In this document: piece by piece, positions 30,900-39,583 of the stretch
How the letters are laid out: each line of letters opens with the position of its first letter
How positions within the stretch are numbered: position 1 is the stretch's first letter
DNA from: Promethearchaeota archaeon
GTDB lineage: Archaea; Asgardarchaeota; Lokiarchaeia; Sigyniarchaeales; SOKP01
Assembly (NCBI GenBank): GCA_019058445.1
Contig: JAHPZA010000006.1
Span: 1,164,943-1,228,942, forward strand
DNA length: 64,000 bases
Direction: 5' to 3'
Notes under the pieces: generated by a model
What the model saw: only the letters and a program-made list of their open reading frames with translations
What the model was told of the DNA's origin: nothing
Databases searched by the model: none
Position numbers and translations under genes: made by a program

Positions 30900-31862
30900 T
30901 TATCCTCCTAAAGTTTTATTGATAATATTGTCTAAAATATGCTCAACTTTTATTCCAGGTTTGGGTTTTATACTACCTAATAACACATGTCTTGATATGT
31001 CAGATAAATACTCATAAACAGATTTTTTTTCTTTAATCTCTCCTTTTTCTTCAAGAAATCTTTTCCTACCTAATAGTTTAGCAATGGCTATACCAGCTCT
31101 AATAGAAGCGGGTACTTCAATATCAATTTTATTTTTTCGTGTTTCATTAATAATTGAATATATTAATTCAAGTTCGGATTCTTCAATCATAAAGTGTTCA
31201 GGAAGATTAATACGGATTATATCCAATTCCGTAGATTTTTCTGGGTAAGTTAATTTAATCCATACCTTGATTCTATCTTTTAAAGCTTCAGATAATCTAT
31301 GTGTCCCCGATAATTCCTCTGGATTCATAGCGCAGATAAAAAAGAAATCTTGAGCAGCTTTTATCCTCCCTATGTGAGGAATACCGATGGATGCCTCTTC
31401 TAAAGGTTCTAGCAATGTATTTTGAGAATATTCCGTTGCTCTATTAATTTCGTTAGCTAGAAATGTGCCTCCCTCTAACATCGCTCTTAATAATGGTCCG
31501 GGGCTAAATGCTTCCAATATGAATCCATATTTTAGTGTGAGAGCAGGATCAAACGATCCCATGAAATTTGCCGGTCTAATGGATTCATCCATAGTCAACC
31601 AGTAAAAACTCGCATCTTTATTTTCTTTTGCTCTTAAACTAGCAAAATAACGGCAAAGTATTGTCTTCCCTACACCTGGTGGACCTACAAGAGCAGGAAA
31701 CAATCCAGTTGCTTCAGCATCTCTCAATAATTCTAAAGCTTTGCCATATTGCCCAGATAAAACAATTTTAATTTCCTCTTCTGTAGCGTCCTTAATCAAT
31801 TGTTTATTAAATAAATCTCGGAATTTTTGGTCACTAGAACTCTTACTTGTAATATTTTCCAT
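30900..31862 (-). CDS. MoxR-family AAA+ ATPase
   Basis: GPPGVGKT, ANEINRA, AMNP, LSEALKDR, ASIR lid. Confidence 0.92.
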   Translation of the reverse strand: MENITSKSSSDQKFRDLFNKQLIKDATEEEIKIVLSGQYGKALELLRDAEATGLFPALVGPPGVGKTILCRYFASLRAKENKDASFYWLTMDESIRPANFMGSFDPALTLKYGFILEAFSPGPLLRAMLEGGTFLANEINRATEYSQNTLLEPLEEASIGIPHIGRIKAAQDFFFICAMNPEELSGTHRLSEALKDRIKVWIKLTYPEKSTELDIIRINLPEHFMIEESELELIYSIINETRKNKIDIEVPASIRAGIAIAKLLGRKRFLEEKGEIKEKKSVYEYLSDISRHVLLGSIKPKPGIKVEHILDNIINKTLGG

Positions 31863-32008
31863 TTTTTGTATGAGAATTTAATATTTACTTTAAGATTTAA
31901 AATTAAATATTACTTAAATTTTTAAACTTAATATTTTAAAGGATATAATATAAAAAACACTCTTTATGGTTGATATTCTAACTAATAATGTAGAGGTTAT
32001 TTCTAGAA

Positions 32009-32914
32009 TTAAAATTTATAATTTTTAATTAATACTTCTCTTATTTCACCACGTTTTGAAGCATTACTATTAATAACACGTTTAGCACTCACTACATTAA
32101 TAATATAATCCTCGTATAATTCCATAATGTTTTTATGATAAGAATTGCTTAACATTACCTTACTTCCACAACTTGTCAAAGCATCAATCACTTCTTTTAA
32201 TTCAATTTGATCTTCATATGTAAAATTTTCTTGAGTATAGCTCGTGAAATTAGCTGTTTCTGAGATAGGAATATAGGGAGGATCAATATAAAAAAAAGTT
32301 TTTTCATTAGCATAGTCAATACATCTTTCATAGGAATCAAGTAATATTTCCACATTTTGTAAAACTTCATGAACAGCCCTTAAGTTTTTTTCATCGCAAA
32401 ATTTAGGATTTTTATATCTGCCAAAGGGCACATTAAATTGACCTTTACTATTCACTCTATATAAGCCGTTATAGCAGCACTTATTTAAATAAATAGTTCT
32501 AGAAGCTTTTTCAACATTAGACCAATTTTTAAATTCTTTAGTCCTATCCACATTTCTGATTTTATAATAATAATCTTCTTTATTCCTATGATGTCTAAGT
32601 AATTCTATTAATTCGTCCACATTCTCTTTAATTACTAGATAAGCGTTTATTAAAATAGGATTATTATCAATTAAGACTGCATTTTTAGGTAGAAGATAGA
32701 AAAATAATGCTCCTCCTCCCACAAATGGTTCAACATAAGATTCAAAATCTTTAGGAAGAAATTTATCAATTTGTCTAAGTAATTGACGTTTTCCTCCTGC
32801 CCATTTTAAAAAAGGATGTGGAACATCAACAATTTTTTTGTTTCTCCTATTAATTTCTCTTTTTAATTTCCACTTAGTTTTAGTATCGTAATATTTCAAT
32901 ATTGAATAGTCCAT
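32009..32914 (-). CDS. dam: Dam-family (D12 class) N6-adenine DNA methyltransferase
   Basis: KWAGGK, EPFVGGG, NGLYRVNSKG, DPPY. Confidence 0.93.
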   Translation of the reverse strand: MDYSILKYYDTKTKWKLKREINRRNKKIVDVPHPFLKWAGGKRQLLRQIDKFLPKDFESYVEPFVGGGALFFYLLPKNAVLIDNNPILINAYLVIKENVDELIELLRHHRNKEDYYYKIRNVDRTKEFKNWSNVEKASRTIYLNKCCYNGLYRVNSKGQFNVPFGRYKNPKFCDEKNLRAVHEVLQNVEILLDSYERCIDYANEKTFFYIDPPYIPISETANFTSYTQENFTYEDQIELKEVIDALTSCGSKVMLSNSYHKNIMELYEDYIINVVSAKRVINSNASKRGEIREVLIKNYKF

Positions 32915-33174
32915 CTTCTTATTAAATTACGTAATTCCTTTACTATATTAATATTAGTTTTTTATTTTATAATTATTTAGTTCTCACTGTAGATTTTCTT
33001 ATTTGCAAGAATTTTAACGACAAAAAAATATCTATTATCCTAATGGTTGAACGGCTATGTAAATTCTTAATAACCAATTAATAAAAACATAACATATTTA
33101 TAAAAATCTCGTAGTAAATATATTTAAAAGAAAAATTTCATGTTATTTTTGAGATTTATTTTTAAAAATTTAAT

Positions 33175-34089
33175 TTGAAGATGAATGACATAAATTCCAC
33201 AGAAGAAAATCTTGATGATTCTGAACAACCAATACGACGTGCTTTTATTTTTTTATTAAATCACTCAAGAACCTCTGAAGCTTTCTCAAAAGAAGAATTT
33301 AAAACGTTTGTTAATTATCAAAATCCAAAGACTTTTACCACTTATTTTTCAAAAAAGATTAAACATCTACTAGAAATAGCCCCAAATGAAAAAGATAAAT
33401 ATTTAGTAGCTGGTATATTCAAAAAATTTTCTAGATGGGATAAGTTTAGAAGATATTACTCACAAAGTTCTAAGCTCAAGGTAAAATATATCGAGGAATA
33501 CTATAAAAATCTAATGATTTTTGAATTTTTTATGCCTTTAACCAATGAAAATGATTTAAGATCATCCTTAGATGAACTTTTTTATAAAAACACTGTAAAA
33601 CTTATGTTAAATAGAGTTCTTAAAAGCGATTTAAATATTATATTTCCAAAGAAAAATATAGAAACTGAAGAACAATATATTGAGAGAATATGTGAGTGGA
33701 TATCAAAGAGATTTGGGGGATATTCAATTGGAACGGTTAGGGGCAGGTTTAAAATAGATGATCTAAAGACTTATGCAGAAGTGGCACTCCAAAAAACAAA
33801 AGGTTTTGATTATTTAATTGATGAAACAACTGCTATTGTGCGTTTTATTTTTCATGTTGGTTCTCCTATTAAAAATCAAGAATTATTTAATATTGAGCAA
33901 TTTCATGAAAAAATAGATGAATTTATTGATCAAAGGGAGATTAGATTAGAAGCTAATCAAATAAGATTTATTTTCAAAAATTTGTTTGTTAGAAATATAC
34001 TTGATTTAGTCAATGGTGAAGATGAGATTTGGATGCTTGAAAGTGGTATTAGAAATTGCTTATATATATGGAAAAATGAAAATTTTTAA
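33175..34089 (+). CDS. Hypothetical protein
   Basis: 304-aa open frame; no motif recognised. Confidence 0.65.
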   Translation: MKMNDINSTEENLDDSEQPIRRAFIFLLNHSRTSEAFSKEEFKTFVNYQNPKTFTTYFSKKIKHLLEIAPNEKDKYLVAGIFKKFSRWDKFRRYYSQSSKLKVKYIEEYYKNLMIFEFFMPLTNENDLRSSLDELFYKNTVKLMLNRVLKSDLNIIFPKKNIETEEQYIERICEWISKRFGGYSIGTVRGRFKIDDLKTYAEVALQKTKGFDYLIDETTAIVRFIFHVGSPIKNQELFNIEQFHEKIDEFIDQREIRLEANQIRFIFKNLFVRNILDLVNGEDEIWMLESGIRNCLYIWKNENF

Positions 34090-34115
34090 TATACCAATAC
34101 ATGATTTTGAAAATC

Positions 34116-34655
34116 TTAAAAGTAGTCATAAATAAAATCTTTTAGTTTCGAACGTCCACTAAAATTCCAGTATCTAATATCCTGTTCAATAAACATCCAT
34201 TTAATAATTTTTAATAAGACATCAATTTTTTCTCCTACTAAAAAAGTGATATTATTATTGTATAACCAATCTAAAATCCGTTCATCATCTTCGCATATAA
34301 AGATTTTGTCAATGCTTTTAAGTAGAAATCTAAAATTATGGTAATTCTCTTCTCTTTTTAAATTTAAATCTTGGATAATATCATTATGACTGGGCATTTT
34401 GTCTTTATTCCCTTGATTCCAATTTTCAATCCAGATTTGGAAATCAAATCCAAATTTATTCTGAGCAGGTCTAATTAAATATAATTTCCTTTTATCTGCA
34501 AATTCTTCAACAATGTATTTATATCTTGAAACAAATTTCCCACTTCCTTTTCCAGGATCCTCTTCCATGAATTTAAGTACAACAAATTTTCTTAATTCGT
34601 TTTTTGAATAAAGTTTAGGGAGCTTCCACCTAATTGTAACATAAGAATAAGGCAT
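34116..34655 (-). CDS. Hypothetical protein, possible restriction-modification-associated nuclease
   Basis: 179-aa ORF near dam; motifs RPA..FDF, PSH..DL, KWMFIEQDIRYWN.SGR; the function is inferred from context only. Confidence 0.55.
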   Translation of the reverse strand: MPYSYVTIRWKLPKLYSKNELRKFVVLKFMEEDPGKGSGKFVSRYKYIVEEFADKRKLYLIRPAQNKFGFDFQIWIENWNQGNKDKMPSHNDIIQDLNLKREENYHNFRFLLKSIDKIFICEDDERILDWLYNNNITFLVGEKIDVLLKIIKWMFIEQDIRYWNFSGRSKLKDFIYDYF

Positions 34656-34789
34656 TTGAATTTCGAGATTGATTACAAGTAAAAGTTCATTGATTTATAT
34701 TATTATCCTTTTATTATTAATAATTAGAAAATTCTATAAAGATCAAAAGAATTTATTATATTTTTTTAAGTTTAAATATTTTTTATTGA

Positions 34790-34923
34790 TTACATATTAG
34801 AAACCTTTTTGAGAAAATATTTTTAGAAATAATAATAGAGAAGTTATGATTACTGAAGATGAAATTTGGATGTTAGAAATTGGTATGAGATTAATATTAC
34901 ATATTTGAAAAACGAATAATTAA
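34790..34923 (+). pseudogene. Degenerate remnant of the 3' end of a paralog of the 33175..34089 gene
   Basis: EDEIWMLEIGMRLILHI*KTNN compared with EDEIWMLESGIRNCLYIWKNENF. Confidence 0.75.
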
Positions 34924-34947
34924 TCAAGTTTTATATACAGACACATT

Positions 34948-36204
34948 TTAATTAGAAAGAATTTGCCATTCATATTCTGAGGGTTGTTCAACATTAAATT
35001 TCATGCACTTTTGACATATCAGAGAATATGAAAAACAAAAAGAAAGTCCTAAATTCCAGACGAATTTTTTGAATTTTTCATATGAAACTTTGTTTTCGAT
35101 ATTTTCAACAATATGATCGTATGTTTTACTAAGCTCGGGACCTATAGCCTCTCTTTTATCTTTAAATGAATTTCTGTAATTAAATAACATTTCTGCCATT
35201 ATATCTCTTCCTAATGCTAAACGGAATATTTTTCCTATTGATCCATCTTTTTTCAAGTAAGTTTCATCATTTATCTCATTTGAAATTTGAAAATATTCTT
35301 TAATCTGTCTGATCAATATATAACTGCCTGAACTAATACGAGTTCTTCCCTTAGTTCCGTCACCATCATAATAACCTAATAGAAATCCTAGATATAACTC
35401 TTTCTCGGAGACAAATGGTGTACCTTTTAATATTGGTAATTCAATATCTAAAGATTTTTGCGGACCAACTATAAATCCCTTATTAATTAGATGTATAGCA
35501 AACCTATCATTCATGAAAACTGCAGAATAATTAATCTTTTTAGTTTTTTTATCAATATTTTCAGATAAATATTCAATATTAAAGCCAATGGTTTTACAAA
35601 AATCGTAAATTATGTTTTTATTATCTATAGATTGCCTCAATCCGACAATTAAATTAAATTTATCATTACTATTCATATATTTTTTTTTAGATATCCATCC
35701 ATCTGCCCATAATATTCCTAACCAATAAGCTTTTTCAATAGTATCAATATCTTGAAAATAGTTTTCATTTAAATAAGGATGAAAATTTGAACTTTTATAT
35801 CGATGAGAACTAGGAGGATTATGTAAAGATATGTATGTATTTATAGTCCTATTAATTAAAATATCAATTATATCTTTAGGAATATAGAGATTTGCTAAAT
35901 TCTCTCTCAAATTTTCTTCATAGCTGGAAAGAAACTCCATTGAAATAATATATGAGGGATCTTTACGAGCATCCCGCGTCTTTTCTTTTATATGATATTT
36001 ACTTTGTCCCAAAATTAAGCTTAAATCTTCTTTTGTAATTAATTTAAATACATTTGAATTCCAATTAAATTCAAATTGTCCCAATAGATTTGAAGGAAGG
36101 AGGAATGAAATGGCTATTTTTAAAGACTCTAAAAAATTAATTGTTGTAGATACATCACAATTAAAATTAATCCAAATTTTGAAATTGTTGATTCTATTAA
36201 TCAT
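34948..36204 (-). CDS. Free-standing double-motif LAGLIDADG endonuclease-like protein
   Basis: AYWLGILWADGWI and FLLGYYDGDG motifs. Confidence 0.85.
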   Translation of the reverse strand: MINRINNFKIWINFNCDVSTTINFLESLKIAISFLLPSNLLGQFEFNWNSNVFKLITKEDLSLILGQSKYHIKEKTRDARKDPSYIISMEFLSSYEENLRENLANLYIPKDIIDILINRTINTYISLHNPPSSHRYKSSNFHPYLNENYFQDIDTIEKAYWLGILWADGWISKKKYMNSNDKFNLIVGLRQSIDNKNIIYDFCKTIGFNIEYLSENIDKKTKKINYSAVFMNDRFAIHLINKGFIVGPQKSLDIELPILKGTPFVSEKELYLGFLLGYYDGDGTKGRTRISSGSYILIRQIKEYFQISNEINDETYLKKDGSIGKIFRLALGRDIMAEMLFNYRNSFKDKREAIGPELSKTYDHIVENIENKVSYEKFKKFVWNLGLSFCFSYSLICQKCMKFNVEQPSEYEWQILSN

Positions 36205-36300
36205 TTTATCATTTTAAAATATATTTTTCTTACTAACTCATAAAACTGATTATATTTTTAAAATATTCTTATAATTAGTTTATATTAATATTTATAAACT

Positions 36301-36705
36301 CGTAGATATAAAAACCCTAATTTTTGTGATGAAGAAAATCTTGAAGCTGTTAATATCGTTTTAAAAAATGTTGATATTTTGCATGGATCTTTTGAATTAT
36401 GTTTAAAATTCGCAAAAGAAGGTGATTTTATTTATTTTGATCCTCCTTATCATCCATTGTCTGAAACTTCCTCTTTTACAAGCTATACAAAAGAAGATTT
36501 TGGAAAGAAATCTCAAAAAAAGTTATTTAACGTGTTTAAACGTTTAGATGAGAAAGGTTGTAAATTGATGCTAAGTAACTCGTATAATAATTTTATTTTA
36601 GATTTGTATAATGAGTACCAAATTATTTTGTTGAATGCGAAAAGAGCTATAAATAGTGATGCAAGTAAGAGAGGTGCTATTATAGAAGTTTTGGTAGTGA
36701 ATTAA
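36301..36705 (+). pseudogene. dam: 5'-truncated Dam methyltransferase copy
   Basis: In-frame RYKNPNFCDEENL...DPPY...KRAINSDASKRG, collinear with the C-terminal half of 32009..32914; N-terminal SAM-binding half absent. Confidence 0.88.
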
Positions 36706-36880
36706 TTACTTGAAAATTCTACTAAAAGCATTTAAATGGACATAAGCAGTGATTTTATAATTCAATAAAAGTTGATTTATATAATATAAAAATTATTGAA
36801 TATTTATACAGAATTAGTTGAATTTAATTAAAGTTCCAAACTATATTTCAATAGGAATTAAAATTTTAAAAGGGTTTTAT

Positions 36881-39259
36881 ATGCAATTAGAACAGATCTC
36901 GTACTCGAACTATAAAGAACGTATTTTAAAGATGAGGGAAAAAGTGATTACTCAACCACACGAAATATGCATCGAAAGAGCGAAGTTATTTACTGAATCC
37001 TATAAAAAGTCCAAAGGAGAGTCTCCTATTATTCGATTTGCTAAGGCGATGGAACATTTTTTAACAAACATGACCATAAAGATTTGGGATGATGAAGTAA
37101 TAGTGGGCAATCGAACAACGAAATTAGTTGGGACACCCTTATATCCTGAAGTTCGCATAGATACAATCGAGCAAGATTATAATACATATGATAGTCGCTT
37201 AGTCCAACGACTTTTACTTTCTAATGAAGATAAAAGATACATTGGAGAAGAACTTATTCCATACTGGAAACTTGAAGAAGATACAGTTCAGGAGAGGTTT
37301 CAGAAAAAGTTAAATTCAGATTTAAGAGAACTTATGGAAAAAGTAGTTTTTCTCGTAGATACTCAACTTACAAATGGGATTGGCCATTTTCTTCCTGGAC
37401 ATGGGCCCCTTTTGAAGTATGGAATAAATGGTTTAATCAAAAAAGCAGAAAAGAAAATTGGCGAATTTAGTGATGATGCTTCAAAAATTACATTTTTACA
37501 ATCAGTGCTTATTATTTGTAATGCAGTTAAAAAATTTATTCAAAGATTTTCAGATTTAGCGAAGAATAAAGCAGAATCCGAATCAAATCCTAAACGAAAA
37601 TTAGAGCTTTATGAAATAGCTGAGATTTGCTATAACATATCTAAATATCCGCCAAATTCCTTTAAAGAAGCACTACAATTGATCTATTTTAATCAGTTGA
37701 TATGCGGGCTGGAAGATGGAGGATTCGCAGTAAGCGTTGGACGTTCTGATCAAGATTTATATCCATTTTATTTAAAGGATAAAGGTGAGGGAAGAATTTC
37801 GGATGAAGAAACCCAATTTCTTATTGAGTGTTTATATCTAAAACTGACCACGTTATGGAATTATGTTCTCAGTAAAGGAATTGTTGCTGCTGAAGGACCT
37901 CCTATTACAGAAAATTTAACAATAGGAGGTGTGGATCGTAATGGAAAGGATGCAACAAATGAGTTGTCCTATATTATGTTGGATGCATATACTCACTTGA
38001 AGACAGTTCAACCGACCTTTTCTATTCGAATACATAGCATGACTCCAGAAGATTTTTTATATAAAGTGGGTCAATCTGTTAAATCAGGAGCCAGCGTAGC
38101 ATTATTCAATGATGATGTGATGATAAATAGCTTGGTAAAGCTTGGTTTTACCCTTGAAGATGCTCGAGAATACGCTCCGATTGGATGTGTTGAGCCTCAA
38201 CATCCGTATAAATCTTTCGGATCAACGAATGCCAATCAAATCAATATCGTAAAATGTTTAGAATTGGCATTAACAAACGGAATTGATATGATTACCAAGG
38301 TTGATTATGGTGTTAAAAATAATAAACAAATTACTTCTTATGAGGACCTTTGGAACGCTTTTAAAAATCAAATAAAGTTTTTTATAAAAAAGATGGTTAT
38401 GACTATGGATGCACTTGATGCAGCCATTTCTGAACTTAATCCCCAACCATTCTTGTCTGCAACCACTGAGAATTGTTTAGAGAGAGGACTTGATGTAACT
38501 CAGGGTGGAGCGATTTATAATTTCACAGGGGCGCAATTAATTGGTTTAGCCACAGTGGCAGATAGTCTTGCTGTTATAAAAAAATTCGTCTTTGAAGACA
38601 AACTCCTCTCATTAGAAGAATTAGTCGCAATACTTATGAAAAATTACAGGGGCACTTATCAAGGAAGAAAGGGAAGCGAATGGAGAGAGATTTTTATAAA
38701 TAGAGTTCCAAAATATGGAAATGATGATGATTATGTTGACCAAATAGCTGTTGATGTGGTAAACCTTTATTGTGAGGAAATTTTAAAACAGACAAATTAT
38801 AGAGGAGGAAAATTTAATCCGGGAATCTTATCTACGGCATTTCATTTAGCATTCGGTATATTTACAGGAGCATCCGCCGATGGAAGAAAATCTAAAATCC
38901 AATTATCTAATGGGGTGGGTCCTACAAATGGTATGGATAAAAATGGTCCAACAGCCATTCTTAATTCAGTAAAAAAACTTGATCATGGATTAGTATCTAA
39001 TGGAGATTCACTAATTTTGGCTTTCCATCCAAATACATTAAAATTAGATATATTCCCGTCTTTAATTCGAACTTATTTCGAGTCAGATGGTGGTTTTCAC
39101 ATCCAATTTAATGTCGTTGGGAAGGATACGTTATATGATGCACAAAGAAATCCAGATGAATATCGAGGATTAGTGGTTCGAATAGCAGGATATACGGTTC
39201 TTTTTACTGAGCTCTCTAAGACTGCTCAAGATGAAATAATTGCTAGAACTTGTTATTAA
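36881..39259 (+). CDS. Glycyl radical enzyme (PFL2/dehydratase-like)
   Basis: GCVEP single-Cys loop; C-terminal VVRIAGY glycyl-radical motif; ASADGR. Confidence 0.92.
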   Translation: MQLEQISYSNYKERILKMREKVITQPHEICIERAKLFTESYKKSKGESPIIRFAKAMEHFLTNMTIKIWDDEVIVGNRTTKLVGTPLYPEVRIDTIEQDYNTYDSRLVQRLLLSNEDKRYIGEELIPYWKLEEDTVQERFQKKLNSDLRELMEKVVFLVDTQLTNGIGHFLPGHGPLLKYGINGLIKKAEKKIGEFSDDASKITFLQSVLIICNAVKKFIQRFSDLAKNKAESESNPKRKLELYEIAEICYNISKYPPNSFKEALQLIYFNQLICGLEDGGFAVSVGRSDQDLYPFYLKDKGEGRISDEETQFLIECLYLKLTTLWNYVLSKGIVAAEGPPITENLTIGGVDRNGKDATNELSYIMLDAYTHLKTVQPTFSIRIHSMTPEDFLYKVGQSVKSGASVALFNDDVMINSLVKLGFTLEDAREYAPIGCVEPQHPYKSFGSTNANQINIVKCLELALTNGIDMITKVDYGVKNNKQITSYEDLWNAFKNQIKFFIKKMVMTMDALDAAISELNPQPFLSATTENCLERGLDVTQGGAIYNFTGAQLIGLATVADSLAVIKKFVFEDKLLSLEELVAILMKNYRGTYQGRKGSEWREIFINRVPKYGNDDDYVDQIAVDVVNLYCEEILKQTNYRGGKFNPGILSTAFHLAFGIFTGASADGRKSKIQLSNGVGPTNGMDKNGPTAILNSVKKLDHGLVSNGDSLILAFHPNTLKLDIFPSLIRTYFESDGGFHIQFNVVGKDTLYDAQRNPDEYRGLVVRIAGYTVLFTELSKTAQDEIIARTCY

Positions 39260-39378
39260 TTATTTCTAATTTTTTTAAATTAATTTAATAAAGTTTAATT
39301 TCTGATTTTACTTCACTTAGTTAAAAAATCGAAAAAAATTTTAGAGAGAATACCTTTTATAACACACCCTTAAAAAAT

Positions 39379-39480
39379 GGGCCTGTAGATCAGTGGAAGA
39401 TCATTGATTTCTGCCTCATAAATCAATCTTACGCTTGACTCGCATTCAAGAGGCCGCGGGTTCAATTCCCGCCAGGTCCA
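39379..39480 (+). tRNA. tRNA-Ala(CGC) with a 30-nt intron (39403-39432) at position 25/26
   Basis: Acceptor GGGCCTG/CAGGTCC with G3:U70; D stem GATC/GATC; anticodon stem CTTGA/TCAAG with CGC at 39441-39443; T arm GCGGG-TTCAATT-CCCGC; BHB motif at the intron ends. Confidence 0.92.
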
Positions 39481-39583
39481 TATTTTTACCGCATATATGA
39501 TAAACATTGTGTAGGAATGATTTAGAACAAGAACATAATATCTTATTTAATAAAATCTAAAAAATATGTTTCATTGACTATGA

